A stretch of 58,016 nucleotides of DNA from a bacterium (GCA_030647265.1 JAUSJM010000034.1:1-58016); one strand, 5' to 3'. Positions 29,997-39,414 are shown, counted from the first letter of the stretch. Notes: generated from the letters alone by a model not told the origin. Program-made: numbers and translations.

Positions 29997-31192
29997 AGAT
30001 TTCCGATATTAACCTTCGTATTATTTCTGATTCCCGAGGTGAGGATACTTTGGAAGCAGAGATGTTTTCCGGGGAGGAAAAGGTAGTAACTTCTGTTCCT
30101 TCTGGTAAAAGTAAGGGCAGTGGTGAAGCTGTAGTCTTACCTCCTCATCTGGTTCTTCATAAACTCGAGTGGATCAAATCAAGGGTTTGTAACAGGGAAT
30201 TTTCCACACTTGGGGAGTTTGATGATCTTCTTTTAACTTTGGATGGGACTGCCGATAAATCCAGTTTAGGGGGAAATTTAATGTTGGTTTTAAGTATGGC
30301 CTTTACCAAGCTTTTGGCTAAAAAGGGAAGGCTAGAAACTTTTGAGCTGATAGCCAAGCTTTCCAGAACAACTTTAGGAAAATTTCCCCTTTGTTTTTAT
30401 AACTTGATAGAAGGTGGGGTTCATGTCCCTTCGACTTCGCTCAGGGCAAGTTTGCCCTTTCAAGAATACCTCTATATTCCTCAAACCAACTCTCCCAAAG
30501 AGAGTTTAGAGATGGTGCAAAAGGTTATTAAATTGTTGGGAGAAAAAATTCATACTAGGCATGGGAAACAGGAGATGGGAGACGAAGGAGGATATGCTCT
30601 GTCAGGAGAAGACTCTTTATTAGGTCTGATGTTACTTGAGGAAACACAGGAAGAGCTGGGAATGAAGCATAAAATAGGTTTAGATATAGCTGCTTCTACT
30701 TTTTTTTCACAGGGTAAGTATAAGATGGAAGGAAAGATGGTAGATAATAACTATCTGGGGGAGTTGTATCAAGGGATAGTTGAAGATTTTCCACTATTTT
30801 CTATAGAAGATCCTTTTGCTGAAGAGGATTGGCAGGGGTTTGAAGAAATTACTAAAAAGCTAGGAGATAAAATTTGGATTGTGGGTGATGATTTAACTAC
30901 CACAAATCCTAGGAGAATTAGAGAAGCTTATGAGAAACAAGCTATTAATGCTGTCATTGTTAAACCTACTCAAATAGGAACTGTCTCAGAAACAATTCAG
31001 GCAGCACTTTTAGCTAAAAGCTATGGTTGGAAAATCATTGTTTCTCACCGTGGCAGAGAAACAATGGATACCTTTATTGCTGATTTGGCAGTAGGACTAG
31101 GGGCAGACGGTTTTAAATCAGGCTCTCCTACTCAAAAGACAAGACTGGTAAAATATCAGAGGTTAGTAGAAATAGAAAGGAGTTTAAAATAA
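29993..31192 (+). CDS. eno: Enolase (divergent)
   Basis: DSRG, VPSG, GDEGG, IEDPF, VGDDL, SHR. Confidence 0.9.
   Translation: MKISDINLRIISDSRGEDTLEAEMFSGEEKVVTSVPSGKSKGSGEAVVLPPHLVLHKLEWIKSRVCNREFSTLGEFDDLLLTLDGTADKSSLGGNLMLVLSMAFTKLLAKKGRLETFELIAKLSRTTLGKFPLCFYNLIEGGVHVPSTSLRASLPFQEYLYIPQTNSPKESLEMVQKVIKLLGEKIHTRHGKQEMGDEGGYALSGEDSLLGLMLLEETQEELGMKHKIGLDIAASTFFSQGKYKMEGKMVDNNYLGELYQGIVEDFPLFSIEDPFAEEDWQGFEEITKKLGDKIWIVGDDLTTTNPRRIREAYEKQAINAVIVKPTQIGTVSETIQAALLAKSYGWKIIVSHRGRETMDTFIADLAVGLGADGFKSGSPTQKTRLVKYQRLVEIERSLK
30427..30446. repeat. REP-like element in frame within eno
   Basis: CCCTTCGACTTCGCTCAGGG, 19/20 identical to the reverse complement of 2789-2808. Confidence 0.8.
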
Positions 31193-31827
31193 TGGCTTAT
31201 TTGGCTTTAGTAAGACATGGGGAATCAGCTTGGAATGCCCAAGGAATTTGGACCGGGATTACTAATGTGGAGTTGGATGAGGAGGGCAAAGAAAATTCCC
31301 GGAAGGTTGGTGAAGTTTTAAAGGGGATGGATTTTACTGTAGCCTTTACATCCAAGCTTAGAAGAGCAGAAGAAACTTTAACAGAGATCTTAAAAGTTTT
31401 AGGAAAAACTGATTTGCCTATTATAGAAGATGCTGCTTTAAATGAAAGGGATTACGGATCTTTAACCGGAAAAAATAAATGGGAAGTAGAAAAAGAGTAT
31501 GGGGAGGAACAATTTGAGAGTTGGAGAAGAGGCTGGGATGAACCGGTACCGGGAGGAGAAACTTTAAAGGATGTTTATGGGAGGGTAGTTCCTTTTTATA
31601 AAAATCAAATTCTTCTGGAACTTTTGGCAGGGAAAAATGTTTTAGTGGTAGCCCATGGTAACTCTTTAAGGGCTTTAATTAAATATCTGGATGATATTTC
31701 TGATGAAGGGGTGACTCATTTAGAAGTTCACCCTGATGAGATCTTTATTTATGAAATAGATAAAAATGGAAAAATTATAAAAAAAGAGATAAAAAAAGTA
31801 GATCTAATGGAATCCTCCAAGTATTAA
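31192..31827 (+). CDS. gpmA: 2,3-BPG-dependent phosphoglycerate mutase
   Basis: RHGESAWN, LNERDYG, AHGNSLRAL. Confidence 0.92.
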   Translation: MAYLALVRHGESAWNAQGIWTGITNVELDEEGKENSRKVGEVLKGMDFTVAFTSKLRRAEETLTEILKVLGKTDLPIIEDAALNERDYGSLTGKNKWEVEKEYGEEQFESWRRGWDEPVPGGETLKDVYGRVVPFYKNQILLELLAGKNVLVVAHGNSLRALIKYLDDISDEGVTHLEVHPDEIFIYEIDKNGKIIKKEIKKVDLMESSKY

Positions 31828-31831
31828 CTTC

Positions 31832-33838
31832 CTAAGCTGCTAATTGGTATGTAAAAAGAGGAGATAGTTGCCCATGATTAGCAGTTTCACCTTGTTCCCC
31901 AGAAGGAACAAACCATCCTTGAGGTCCTTGGTATGGATGAGTGTGAGTAAAATGGTTTGTAACTTTAGCGAGATCTTCTCTTGTAATATTGTAATTAATA
32001 TCAACAGAATGAGTTGACGAGATGGTTACTAAGTTATTTTTCAGCCATTCCTCTATGTTAGTAATGCCCCAATGAGGATCTTGGGCCAGATCGTTTCTAA
32101 TAAAGTTTTCCACATCTTCCCTTAAATCTTCTCTTACTACTACAAGGAACGGTTCTTGAGTTAAATTGACAGCAAAACCAGGGGTTTGGGGATTGTTATG
32201 AGAGTATTTTTTATCAAACAAGTGCCATCCATCTTGACTCATAAATTGAGATTGGGTAAATAAAGAACCTTTATTAAATGCCAAAGTAACACCTTGAAAA
32301 TACATATAAGGACTATTTTCTGAAAAACATACTTGATGAGCTTCTTGATCAGGAGGCTTCTTATATATAGCTTTAGCTATCTTTTCATATTCGCTCTTGC
32401 TAACCCTTTTTGTGTGTCCCCATGCATCTGTCATAATTACGTAATCCTTGCCCACCTTTACTAAACCGCTGCTAAAAACCGCTTCTCCATAATTATCTAT
32501 CTGGTATTGCTTAGAAGCCAAGACCTTTCTTCTTAGAATAGATTTAATAACGTCAATTGGTCCTGAATGAAAAAGAAGATCTTGAGAAGTAGCTAACTCA
32601 GTATCTAATTTTTCTTGATTGGTGCCAATGATATCGATGCTCGCCATTTTTTGAACTGCTGCTGAAAGCCAGGAATGTTGACCTTGCGGATTTAATTCTC
32701 GGATCTTTTCTGCTAACTTTGCAGCTAAGTCAAGATATTCCTGAGATAGAGACGCGCCTTGTAAAACATCTGCTGGCTCTCCAGGGTTTTTTATAGGTAG
32801 ACTACTTTCTGAAATATTATCAGCTAGTTTGCAGACTCTATCTGTCACTAGATCTCGATATTGTTTAATATGGTTCATATAACCATCGACAGTGCCTAAG
32901 AATCTCCGATTGCTATCTTCATGTAGATGTTGGGTAATTTCTACTTCTCTAATCCAATTCTCTCCATCTAGATAACCTGTCATAAAGGAGGAGGGATGTG
33001 TTGGAGTTAATGATGCTTTATAAGTTTTAAACCATTCTTGGCATTTTGATAAATAGTAAGTATATGAAGCGCTTTGTCTAGCAAGTCCTTTCGAGGTGTC
33101 AAAAAAAGAGGATAAGGCATTTGCTACTATTGTTGCTCGTTCAGCTTCTGGTGCACTTAAAGCCTCATGCAGTACCTGCATTCCAGAAACACTATAATTT
33201 GGTTTAAAACTGGGATCCCTAAAACCGAGATTAAGAAGATCACCAACCCTTTCACTAAGTAACTGATTCATCCTTGCCATAAACACCTCTTTTCCCTGCA
33301 AGTAATCCTTGGAGGGTACTAAAGTTTTAACTCTTTTAACTAAACCCCTAATTCCTGGTGCATGACCAAACTTCTGGACTTCTTCTTCTGTGAACCTTCC
33401 TTCCGTATATGGAGTTTGAGTGAATGGATTAGGGGTATTTCTCAATTCAGGGGCGTCTTGACCTTTAGTAAGTTTATTATAAGCCTTTTGTAGAAGCCTA
33501 ACCTCTCTTTTTACAACCTCAACTAGTTTATCTTGTTTTTCCTTATCTTCAGGACTTACATTCTCAGCTAGTCGGTGAACCTCGTCTTTGTCTACTTGTT
33601 TGTTCTGAGCTGAAGCAGTAACTTTTATCACACCATCAACGATAGTCTCAATTACTTGGCCGTTTGCTCTTGCAGCTTTGTAGGTGTCTTTAATTACATA
33701 TCTTGATTTTTCAGGGAATTGATCTATCTGAGGTCGTTGAGAGTGTCCGACTATTTCTTTATTTTCCTGCTTCCTGTCGACTTCTCGATTTTTCTGGCCA
33801 TCAGTATGATCTTCCCCGGCGTCAGTAAACTCTTGCAT
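31832..33838 (-). CDS. Large hypothetical protein (668 aa), possible C-terminal ADP-ribosyltransferase-like domain
   Basis: Long ORF; LLFHSG..SIL....LAS and VCFS motifs. Confidence 0.7.
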   Translation of the reverse strand: MQEFTDAGEDHTDGQKNREVDRKQENKEIVGHSQRPQIDQFPEKSRYVIKDTYKAARANGQVIETIVDGVIKVTASAQNKQVDKDEVHRLAENVSPEDKEKQDKLVEVVKREVRLLQKAYNKLTKGQDAPELRNTPNPFTQTPYTEGRFTEEEVQKFGHAPGIRGLVKRVKTLVPSKDYLQGKEVFMARMNQLLSERVGDLLNLGFRDPSFKPNYSVSGMQVLHEALSAPEAERATIVANALSSFFDTSKGLARQSASYTYYLSKCQEWFKTYKASLTPTHPSSFMTGYLDGENWIREVEITQHLHEDSNRRFLGTVDGYMNHIKQYRDLVTDRVCKLADNISESSLPIKNPGEPADVLQGASLSQEYLDLAAKLAEKIRELNPQGQHSWLSAAVQKMASIDIIGTNQEKLDTELATSQDLLFHSGPIDVIKSILRRKVLASKQYQIDNYGEAVFSSGLVKVGKDYVIMTDAWGHTKRVSKSEYEKIAKAIYKKPPDQEAHQVCFSENSPYMYFQGVTLAFNKGSLFTQSQFMSQDGWHLFDKKYSHNNPQTPGFAVNLTQEPFLVVVREDLREDVENFIRNDLAQDPHWGITNIEEWLKNNLVTISSTHSVDINYNITREDLAKVTNHFTHTHPYQGPQGWFVPSGEQGETANHGQLSPLFTYQLAA

Positions 33839-33897
33839 GACTTTAATATAACATTTCTGGATTAAAGAGTGGCTTTATCTCAACGAAGAGTTGAAGA

Positions 33898-34917
33898 TTA
33901 ATCTTTATTGACAATATTCTCAGGTTTTCCTTCTAGGAAGGAGTTAATATTTTTAACAGTAGTCTCCATGATGGAAAACTCTGCTTCCTTGGTATAAAAG
34001 GCCATGTGGGGGGTAATCAGTACTTGAGGTTGATTAATTAAGATATGGGTTTCTAAAACATTCTTTAAATCTTTTGACTTTAATTTCTTTTTAGATAATA
34101 ACTCTGCTTCTTCTTTTAACTCCCCCTCCTCCTCTAAAACATCCAGGGCTGCCCCAGCTAAATGTTCCTGGGTTAAGGCTTGGAAAAGAGCTTCAGTTTC
34201 TACTACAGCTCCCCGGGCAGTGTTAATAAGTAGACTGCCTTTTTTCATCAAGAAGATATTATCCCGATTAATCAGATGATGGGTCTCTTTCATGTAAGGC
34301 ACATGAAGAGTAACAATGTCAGCAGTTTTTAACAATTCCTCCAAAGAAACATAAGAAAAACTTAAGGTTTTAGAAAGCTCTTCATTGGGGTAAGCATCAC
34401 AAGCTACAACATTCATCTGGAAGCCTTGAGCTATCTTAATAACATTAGCCCCAATCTTGCCTGTCCCTACTACTCCTAAAGTCTTGCCGTTTAAATCAAA
34501 ACCCCGAAGGCCTTCAAAATCAAAATCACAACCGACCTTTAACCTGTTAATTCCCTGATAAATTTTTCGGGAGAGATTCAAGATTAAACCAAAGGCAAAT
34601 TCAGCCACAGTGTGGGAACCATAAGCTGGAACGTTAGCCACTGGAATTTTTTTATCTTTGGCAGCTTTAAGGTCAATGTTATCAAAACCGGTAGATCTGG
34701 CAACAATAAGTTTTAGATTAGGGAAGTGGTTGATAACTTTGGGGGTGACAGCGCAATCTACAAAAACTGAGATAACATCAAAATCTGATTTTTCCGGTAA
34801 AGAGTCTTCGGTGATGGGTTCCGGGAAAAAAGTCAGCTCATGATCAGCAAGACCTTTAGAAAAGTAGCTTTCCTTTTCTGCTTCCTCTACCCCGAAAAAG
34901 GCAATTTTCATATTCAT
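33898..34917 (-). CDS. D-lactate dehydrogenase-like D-2-hydroxyacid dehydrogenase
   Basis: RSTGFDNID, GTGKIG, NTARG, TPHMAF. Confidence 0.9.
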   Translation of the reverse strand: MNMKIAFFGVEEAEKESYFSKGLADHELTFFPEPITEDSLPEKSDFDVISVFVDCAVTPKVINHFPNLKLIVARSTGFDNIDLKAAKDKKIPVANVPAYGSHTVAEFAFGLILNLSRKIYQGINRLKVGCDFDFEGLRGFDLNGKTLGVVGTGKIGANVIKIAQGFQMNVVACDAYPNEELSKTLSFSYVSLEELLKTADIVTLHVPYMKETHHLINRDNIFLMKKGSLLINTARGAVVETEALFQALTQEHLAGAALDVLEEEGELKEEAELLSKKKLKSKDLKNVLETHILINQPQVLITPHMAFYTKEAEFSIMETTVKNINSFLEGKPENIVNKD

Positions 34918-34998
34918 ATTAATTCCATTATGCCCTAATTGTTTAGTAATAGGCAAGATGGTTTGAAAATTAATTTAAGGAACAGTAGAATGGGGGAG

Positions 34999-35573
34999 AT
35001 GAAAAAGGAAGAACTTACTATTACGCCGGAGAAGGTAGCAGAGATTGTAGCTCAGGCTTCATATGATCTTTGGAAGGATGAAGAATTTAGGAAGATGGTA
35101 AATTTTGAAACTCTCTCCCAAACAGAACAGGATAGAATTTTTAATGAGCTGGAGGTAACCCTTTTGGGGCTGGTATTTTTACAAGCAGAACAACAACCAC
35201 TACTTTTGGATACCCAGAAAAAAGTGATAGATGCTTTTTAAAAATTTTAGAAAATTTAAATGTAGAAGAAAAATTTATAAAAGAATGGAAATTACTAATC
35301 AAACTTCGTTTGAAAGAATATAAAGGTGATTTTTTAATAGCTTTAAAAGAAGCAAAATCTTGGAAAGATTTAAATGATGGTCAAGAGATAAAAGTGATTT
35401 GGGCGAGAGTGGAAACTTTGACTATCGATTCCCTAAGACATATCAGAGGAGGAAAAATAGAAAAGGATGATCCCCTGTGGGTATACCTTAGAAAATGGTT
35501 AACCCTGATGGAGGTAGTCTCTACCAAAGCTTTACAACAATCCCTAAGTAAAATCAAAGTAGGAGTCTGCTAA
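34999..35573 (+). pseudogene. Hypothetical gene split by a -1 frameshift at TTTTTAAAAA (35235-35244)
   Basis: First frame ends ...IDAF*; -1 frame continues LKILENLNVEEKFIKEWKLLIKLR into ORF 35310-35573. Confidence 0.7.
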
Positions 35574-35620
35574 ATATATCTTGCCAATTCCTAAACTTAA
35601 GATAGAATATATCTATCTTT

Positions 35621-36526
35621 ATGAAGAAAATTGTAGTGCCCCAGAACATGTCTTTTTACCCAGATCAAATTGAGAGATTAAAGTCCTTAGGAGAAACAAC
35701 CATTTATAATGATATGCCGACCCCGGAGGAATGGTTTGAGCGTTGTAAAGATGCTGACATAATCTGTACAGGTGAGGTAGGTATGGAAACAAGAGGTTAT
35801 GAATTAAGAAACAAATACTTTTCTCTTCCCATGGTGGGAACAGGGTGGTTAGATTTGCCGAGACTTAAGGAAGGTGGGAACTCTCTTTCCAATAGTCCTG
35901 GATGTAACAAAGAGGCTGTTTCAGAATGGATTATAGGCATGATGATTTATATGCTCAGACAATTTGACAGGCTTATCGGGGTAACCAATAAGAGTAAGCA
36001 AGAAGTATTTAAAAGATCTCCAGGTTTAGCAGGTAAAAATGTGACTGTTTTAGGGAAAGGAAATATTGGTTCTAGGGTTGGAGAAATATGTAAAGTTATG
36101 GGGATGGATGTTACCTATTTTCAAAGAGGTGATGATTTATTGGAAAAGACTAAAGATGCTGATGTAGTAGTAAGTTGCCTTAAGGTAGAGCCTTCTACAA
36201 AAAACTTACTTGATAAAAAATTCTTCAATTCACTAAAAAAGGGATCATATTTTATAATTATTACTGCTTCTTCAATTTATGATATTGATGCAATGTTTGA
36301 GGCTTTAGATAAGGAAATATTAGCAGGGGTGGCAGATGATTCAGCTGGAATGCCTGTAGCAGAGGCGGATAATCCCTACTATTTAAAATTAATAAGTCAC
36401 CCTAAAGTTGTAGCAACTCCTCATATTGCTTTTAACACTGATGCTACATCCAGAAAAGCTAATGATATTATGATAGACAATGTCGGAAACTGGATTAAAG
36501 GTAAGCCTTCAAATATTGTTATTTAA
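35621..36526 (+). CDS. D-isomer-specific 2-hydroxyacid dehydrogenase family protein
   Basis: GKGNIG Rossmann motif, ATPHIAF. Confidence 0.82.
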   Translation: MKKIVVPQNMSFYPDQIERLKSLGETTIYNDMPTPEEWFERCKDADIICTGEVGMETRGYELRNKYFSLPMVGTGWLDLPRLKEGGNSLSNSPGCNKEAVSEWIIGMMIYMLRQFDRLIGVTNKSKQEVFKRSPGLAGKNVTVLGKGNIGSRVGEICKVMGMDVTYFQRGDDLLEKTKDADVVVSCLKVEPSTKNLLDKKFFNSLKKGSYFIIITASSIYDIDAMFEALDKEILAGVADDSAGMPVAEADNPYYLKLISHPKVVATPHIAFNTDATSRKANDIMIDNVGNWIKGKPSNIVI

Positions 36527-36560
36527 AAATTTTTATTAAAAATCAGGTGTTTTTAGGAAC

Positions 36561-36577
36561 GCCACATCGGATGTGGC
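36561..36577. promoter_or_regulatory. Perfect inverted repeat upstream of hicB
   Basis: GCCACATC-G-GATGTGGC. Confidence 0.4.
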
Positions 36578-36636
36578 AAGTGTAGAAAATTAAAAATTAC
36601 AAAATCATTACACAGGTGATGTATAATATGGTTATT

Positions 36637-36876
36637 ATGAAACAGAAGGTTCTTCAATATGATGCTGTTTTTGAAAAAGAAGAGGATGGAGGTTATTCTG
36701 TTTGGGTACCTGATCTACCCGGGTGTTGTTCCCAAGGGGATAGTCTGGAAGAATCAATAGAAAATATCAAGGAGGCTATTGAACTGTATTTGGAGGATGC
36801 TGATCAGGAACAGCTGGAGCAAGGCAGTTCCCATAAAGACCGGTATTTTATCCCCGTTGAAGTGGCCAGTCCGTAA
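36637..36876 (+). CDS. hicB: HicB-family antitoxin
   Basis: VPDLPGCCSQGDSLEESIENIKEAIELYLE. Confidence 0.9.
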   Translation: MKQKVLQYDAVFEKEEDGGYSVWVPDLPGCCSQGDSLEESIENIKEAIELYLEDADQEQLEQGSSHKDRYFIPVEVASP

Positions 36877-36885
36877 ACGTAAGAC

Positions 36886-37119
36886 ATGTCTAATGTCCCT
36901 CAAGTCAGCGGTCAAGAATTAATTAAAGCTCTAGTAAAAATCGGATTCTCTGTGGTTCGTCAGAAGGGAAGCCATACTAGACTGGTCAAAATAAAAGAAA
37001 ATGGCTTCAAGCAACTAGTTACAGTACCTAATCATAAAATCATACGTAAAGGAACTTTACTGAACGGAGTTTTAAAAGCAATTAATCTACCATTGGAAGA
37101 TTTTAAAAAGCTACTTTAA
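36886..37119 (+). CDS. hicA: HicA-family toxin
   Basis: RQKGSH, VTVPNH, KGTL. Confidence 0.9.
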   Translation: MSNVPQVSGQELIKALVKIGFSVVRQKGSHTRLVKIKENGFKQLVTVPNHKIIRKGTLLNGVLKAINLPLEDFKKLL

Positions 37120-37147
37120 TAATAGACGTTTTTAATTTCTTAACTAA

Positions 37148-38122
37148 TTAGATAACGCAATCTTCCAGGGCTACAATACTTTTATTGGTAGCATCTAACT
37201 CAAATTCTATTCCCATTGGCCAGGTATAATTTTTTACCAGATGGCCTAACTCATTAACTTGAAGAATAGGAAAATTTTTGTCTTTAGTAATCTCTAAAAC
37301 GATATCTCCTATTTCTCGATAAAATTTTTCATCGTTTTGTATGTCAGGAAAATATCCCAAAATCAAACCGTTGATACGGTTAAAAATGCCCATCAATTTT
37401 AAGTATTGTAACCTCATGTGAATAGTGTGTGACCCCTCCATACTTTCTAGGAAAAGGATCTTACCTTCTAGATTATTTAAATATTTGGCTCCAATAAGTG
37501 CCATGAGTATTTCTAAATACCCACCTATGAGCTTTCCTTTTGCTTGGCCTTGCCGGATAGTTTTCCATCCATCCGGTATTTTCTTCCCATTATCGTTTAT
37601 TAAATTGCCTAACGGATGAAATTCTGCCTTGCCTTCAACTAAGCATTTCCACATCTGTTCATCAAATTTTTTAGTGTCTTTTTGAATCCCAAATCCATAA
37701 ATTAAATCTGGACCATAAAAAGTGATAAGTCCTGTTTTATCAGTAGTAGGTGCCAGCAGTGTAGTACCATCACTCATACCGATAAATATCTTGGGATTAT
37801 TTTTTATTAACTCAAAATCCAAAAGTGGTAAAACTTCATTGGCAGTCTCTCCACCAATTGACATCAAAACGGCCTTCACTTCTGGATCCCGAAACATATC
37901 ATGCAAATCTTCAGCTCTTTGTTCAGGAGTGGCAGCAGAGTAAAAATATTTTCCTTGGGAGTGTTTTCCAAGTTTGTAATTAAACCCAAACTGTTTTAGT
38001 TTTTCTAGCCCTTTATAAAAACCCTCTGTTTGTTCGCTCTCTATGTTAATTGATTGAGAAGGGGAAATAATGCCAATTGTATCTCCCTTATTTAATCTCG
38101 AGGGTTTAATCACTTTATACAT
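37148..38122 (-). CDS. Peptidase S66 (LD-carboxypeptidase / MccF-like)
   Basis: GDTIGIISPS, GMSDGT, ILFLE, LGH. Confidence 0.9.
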   Translation of the reverse strand: MYKVIKPSRLNKGDTIGIISPSQSINIESEQTEGFYKGLEKLKQFGFNYKLGKHSQGKYFYSAATPEQRAEDLHDMFRDPEVKAVLMSIGGETANEVLPLLDFELIKNNPKIFIGMSDGTTLLAPTTDKTGLITFYGPDLIYGFGIQKDTKKFDEQMWKCLVEGKAEFHPLGNLINDNGKKIPDGWKTIRQGQAKGKLIGGYLEILMALIGAKYLNNLEGKILFLESMEGSHTIHMRLQYLKLMGIFNRINGLILGYFPDIQNDEKFYREIGDIVLEITKDKNFPILQVNELGHLVKNYTWPMGIEFELDATNKSIVALEDCVI

Positions 38123-38427
38123 AACCTAAAAGATTGTATCAAAATTACATTAAACATCCTAGGGAAATATAAAAACCGATGTTGAAGTTGTTTGGTTACA
38201 TTTTTACTACCTCAGTAGAAGGTAAGACCACATTTTGATTTTGGGAAGCTTGGGCAAAAACAAGACTGGGAAAAAGAAGAGTTAGAGTAAAAATAATAAG
38301 CCAAAAAACCTTTCTCACTTCAAGATCATATTATCTGGAAAAAATAATAAAAGTAAATGAGAAGAAAGAAAAGAAAAGGTAATAGATCTTTTGGAAAATA
38401 TTTAAAAAGAAGAGTACAATAAGCACC

Positions 38428-39003
38428 ATGAATGATGATGTAACTATAATTCCACCTGCTCCTGTTTCTGATAACAACAGCAGTATTACTCCTATAACTT
38501 CCAATACCACTCAGCATGAGATGGAAATTATTACTGTCAATGAAGTAACAGCAGGAAACCGCCGTCAGGCAGAAGCGACCCTCAGAGCTTTGGCGGAGGC
38601 AGGTTTGGATCTAGAGCTGGCAGCTAAAGGTTTAGAAGAAGGTCATGGAAATACTGTTAATAAGATGATCACTAACCAAAGATTTATTGATATGGAAAAT
38701 AAGGTAGGAGGTATGGCAGTCTCCCAAAATTCGGTGGCTGCCTGGCAGCTGGAAGCCAAAAAAGTTTTAGGGTCAGGAAATGTTCAGTCAGAAAACACTG
38801 GTAACCCTGGATTATTAATTTATCAGGGAGTGGGGACTGAGATAGAAAAGATGGAAGATTTAAGAGAAGAGATTGGTAGCAGGAGAATTAAGATGGTGGT
38901 AGTTATGGGAACCAAAGTAGCAGGGGAGATAGAAGCTTCTAAAGAAGATCCAAGCTTACCCTCTGCAAGTTCAAGTGGTAAAATACTAAGTTACGGGGAT
39001 TAG
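38428..39003 (+). CDS. Orphan hypothetical protein whose stop lies inside tRNA-Pro
   Basis: 191-aa ORF; TACAAT 7 nt upstream. Confidence 0.6.
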   Translation: MNDDVTIIPPAPVSDNNSSITPITSNTTQHEMEIITVNEVTAGNRRQAEATLRALAEAGLDLELAAKGLEEGHGNTVNKMITNQRFIDMENKVGGMAVSQNSVAAWQLEAKKVLGSGNVQSENTGNPGLLIYQGVGTEIEKMEDLREEIGSRRIKMVVVMGTKVAGEIEASKEDPSLPSASSSGKILSYGD

Positions 39004-39065
39004 TTCATCGGCAGAACGCCGGGCTGGGGGTCCGGATGTAGGGAGTTCAATTCTCCCATCCCCGA
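38994..39065 (+). tRNA. tRNA-Pro(GGG), CCA not encoded
   Basis: Acceptor CGGGGAT/ATCCCCG, D stem GTTC/GAAC, anticodon stem CCGGG/TCCGG with loop CTGGGGG, T arm GGGAG-TTCAATT-CTCCC. Confidence 0.92.
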
Positions 39066-39070
39066 CAGAT

Positions 39071-39295
39071 CGAGAATTGGTGAAAGATGCTATCCGTCTT
39101 TATGTTGAGAGTTTACAAAAACATAAAGAACATATCCCTCAAGAAGAAAACTCCCTCATTAGCTCAGTGGATATAGACCTGCCACAGCTTTATGCCTAAG
39201 ACTTACAAACTCATCTAAAAGAGATTCCCAAGGGGACTTTGACTGCCATATTAAGAGAGTCTGGAGTTTCCCAAGACGAGTTTAAAAAAGCCTGA
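39071..39295 (+). pseudogene. Decayed hicB-hicA pair
   Basis: RELVKDAIRLYVESLQKHKEHIPQE (HicB 3' half), then MPK... and out-of-frame HLKEIPKGTLTAILRESGVSQDEFKKA (HicA 3' end). Confidence 0.75.
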
Positions 39296-39339
39296 TTTAT
39301 AAGGCAAACTTTTACTCCCTACTCTTCTGGCTTTGTACC

Positions 39340-39353
39340 TATGTATCCATACA
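39340..39353. promoter_or_regulatory. Putative operator upstream of recA
   Basis: TATGTATCCATACA, containing inverted repeat TGTAT-CC-ATACA; identical copy at 44206-44219. Confidence 0.55.
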
Positions 39354-39379
39354 CTAGAATTTAAGATCAAAGTGGGGGC

Positions 39380-39407
39380 TTGACATAGTTTCGGGTTTTG
39401 TTAATAT
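39380..39407 (+). promoter_or_regulatory. recA promoter
   Basis: TTGACA-16 nt-TAATAT, 7 nt before ATG 39415. Confidence 0.6.
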
Positions 39408-39414
39408 GAAACAT

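Noticed and set aside
38150..38330. Minus-strand signal-peptide-like fragment (MRKVFWLIIL..LFPSLVFAQ)
   Set aside because: Broken by a frameshift and stops; too short to assign.
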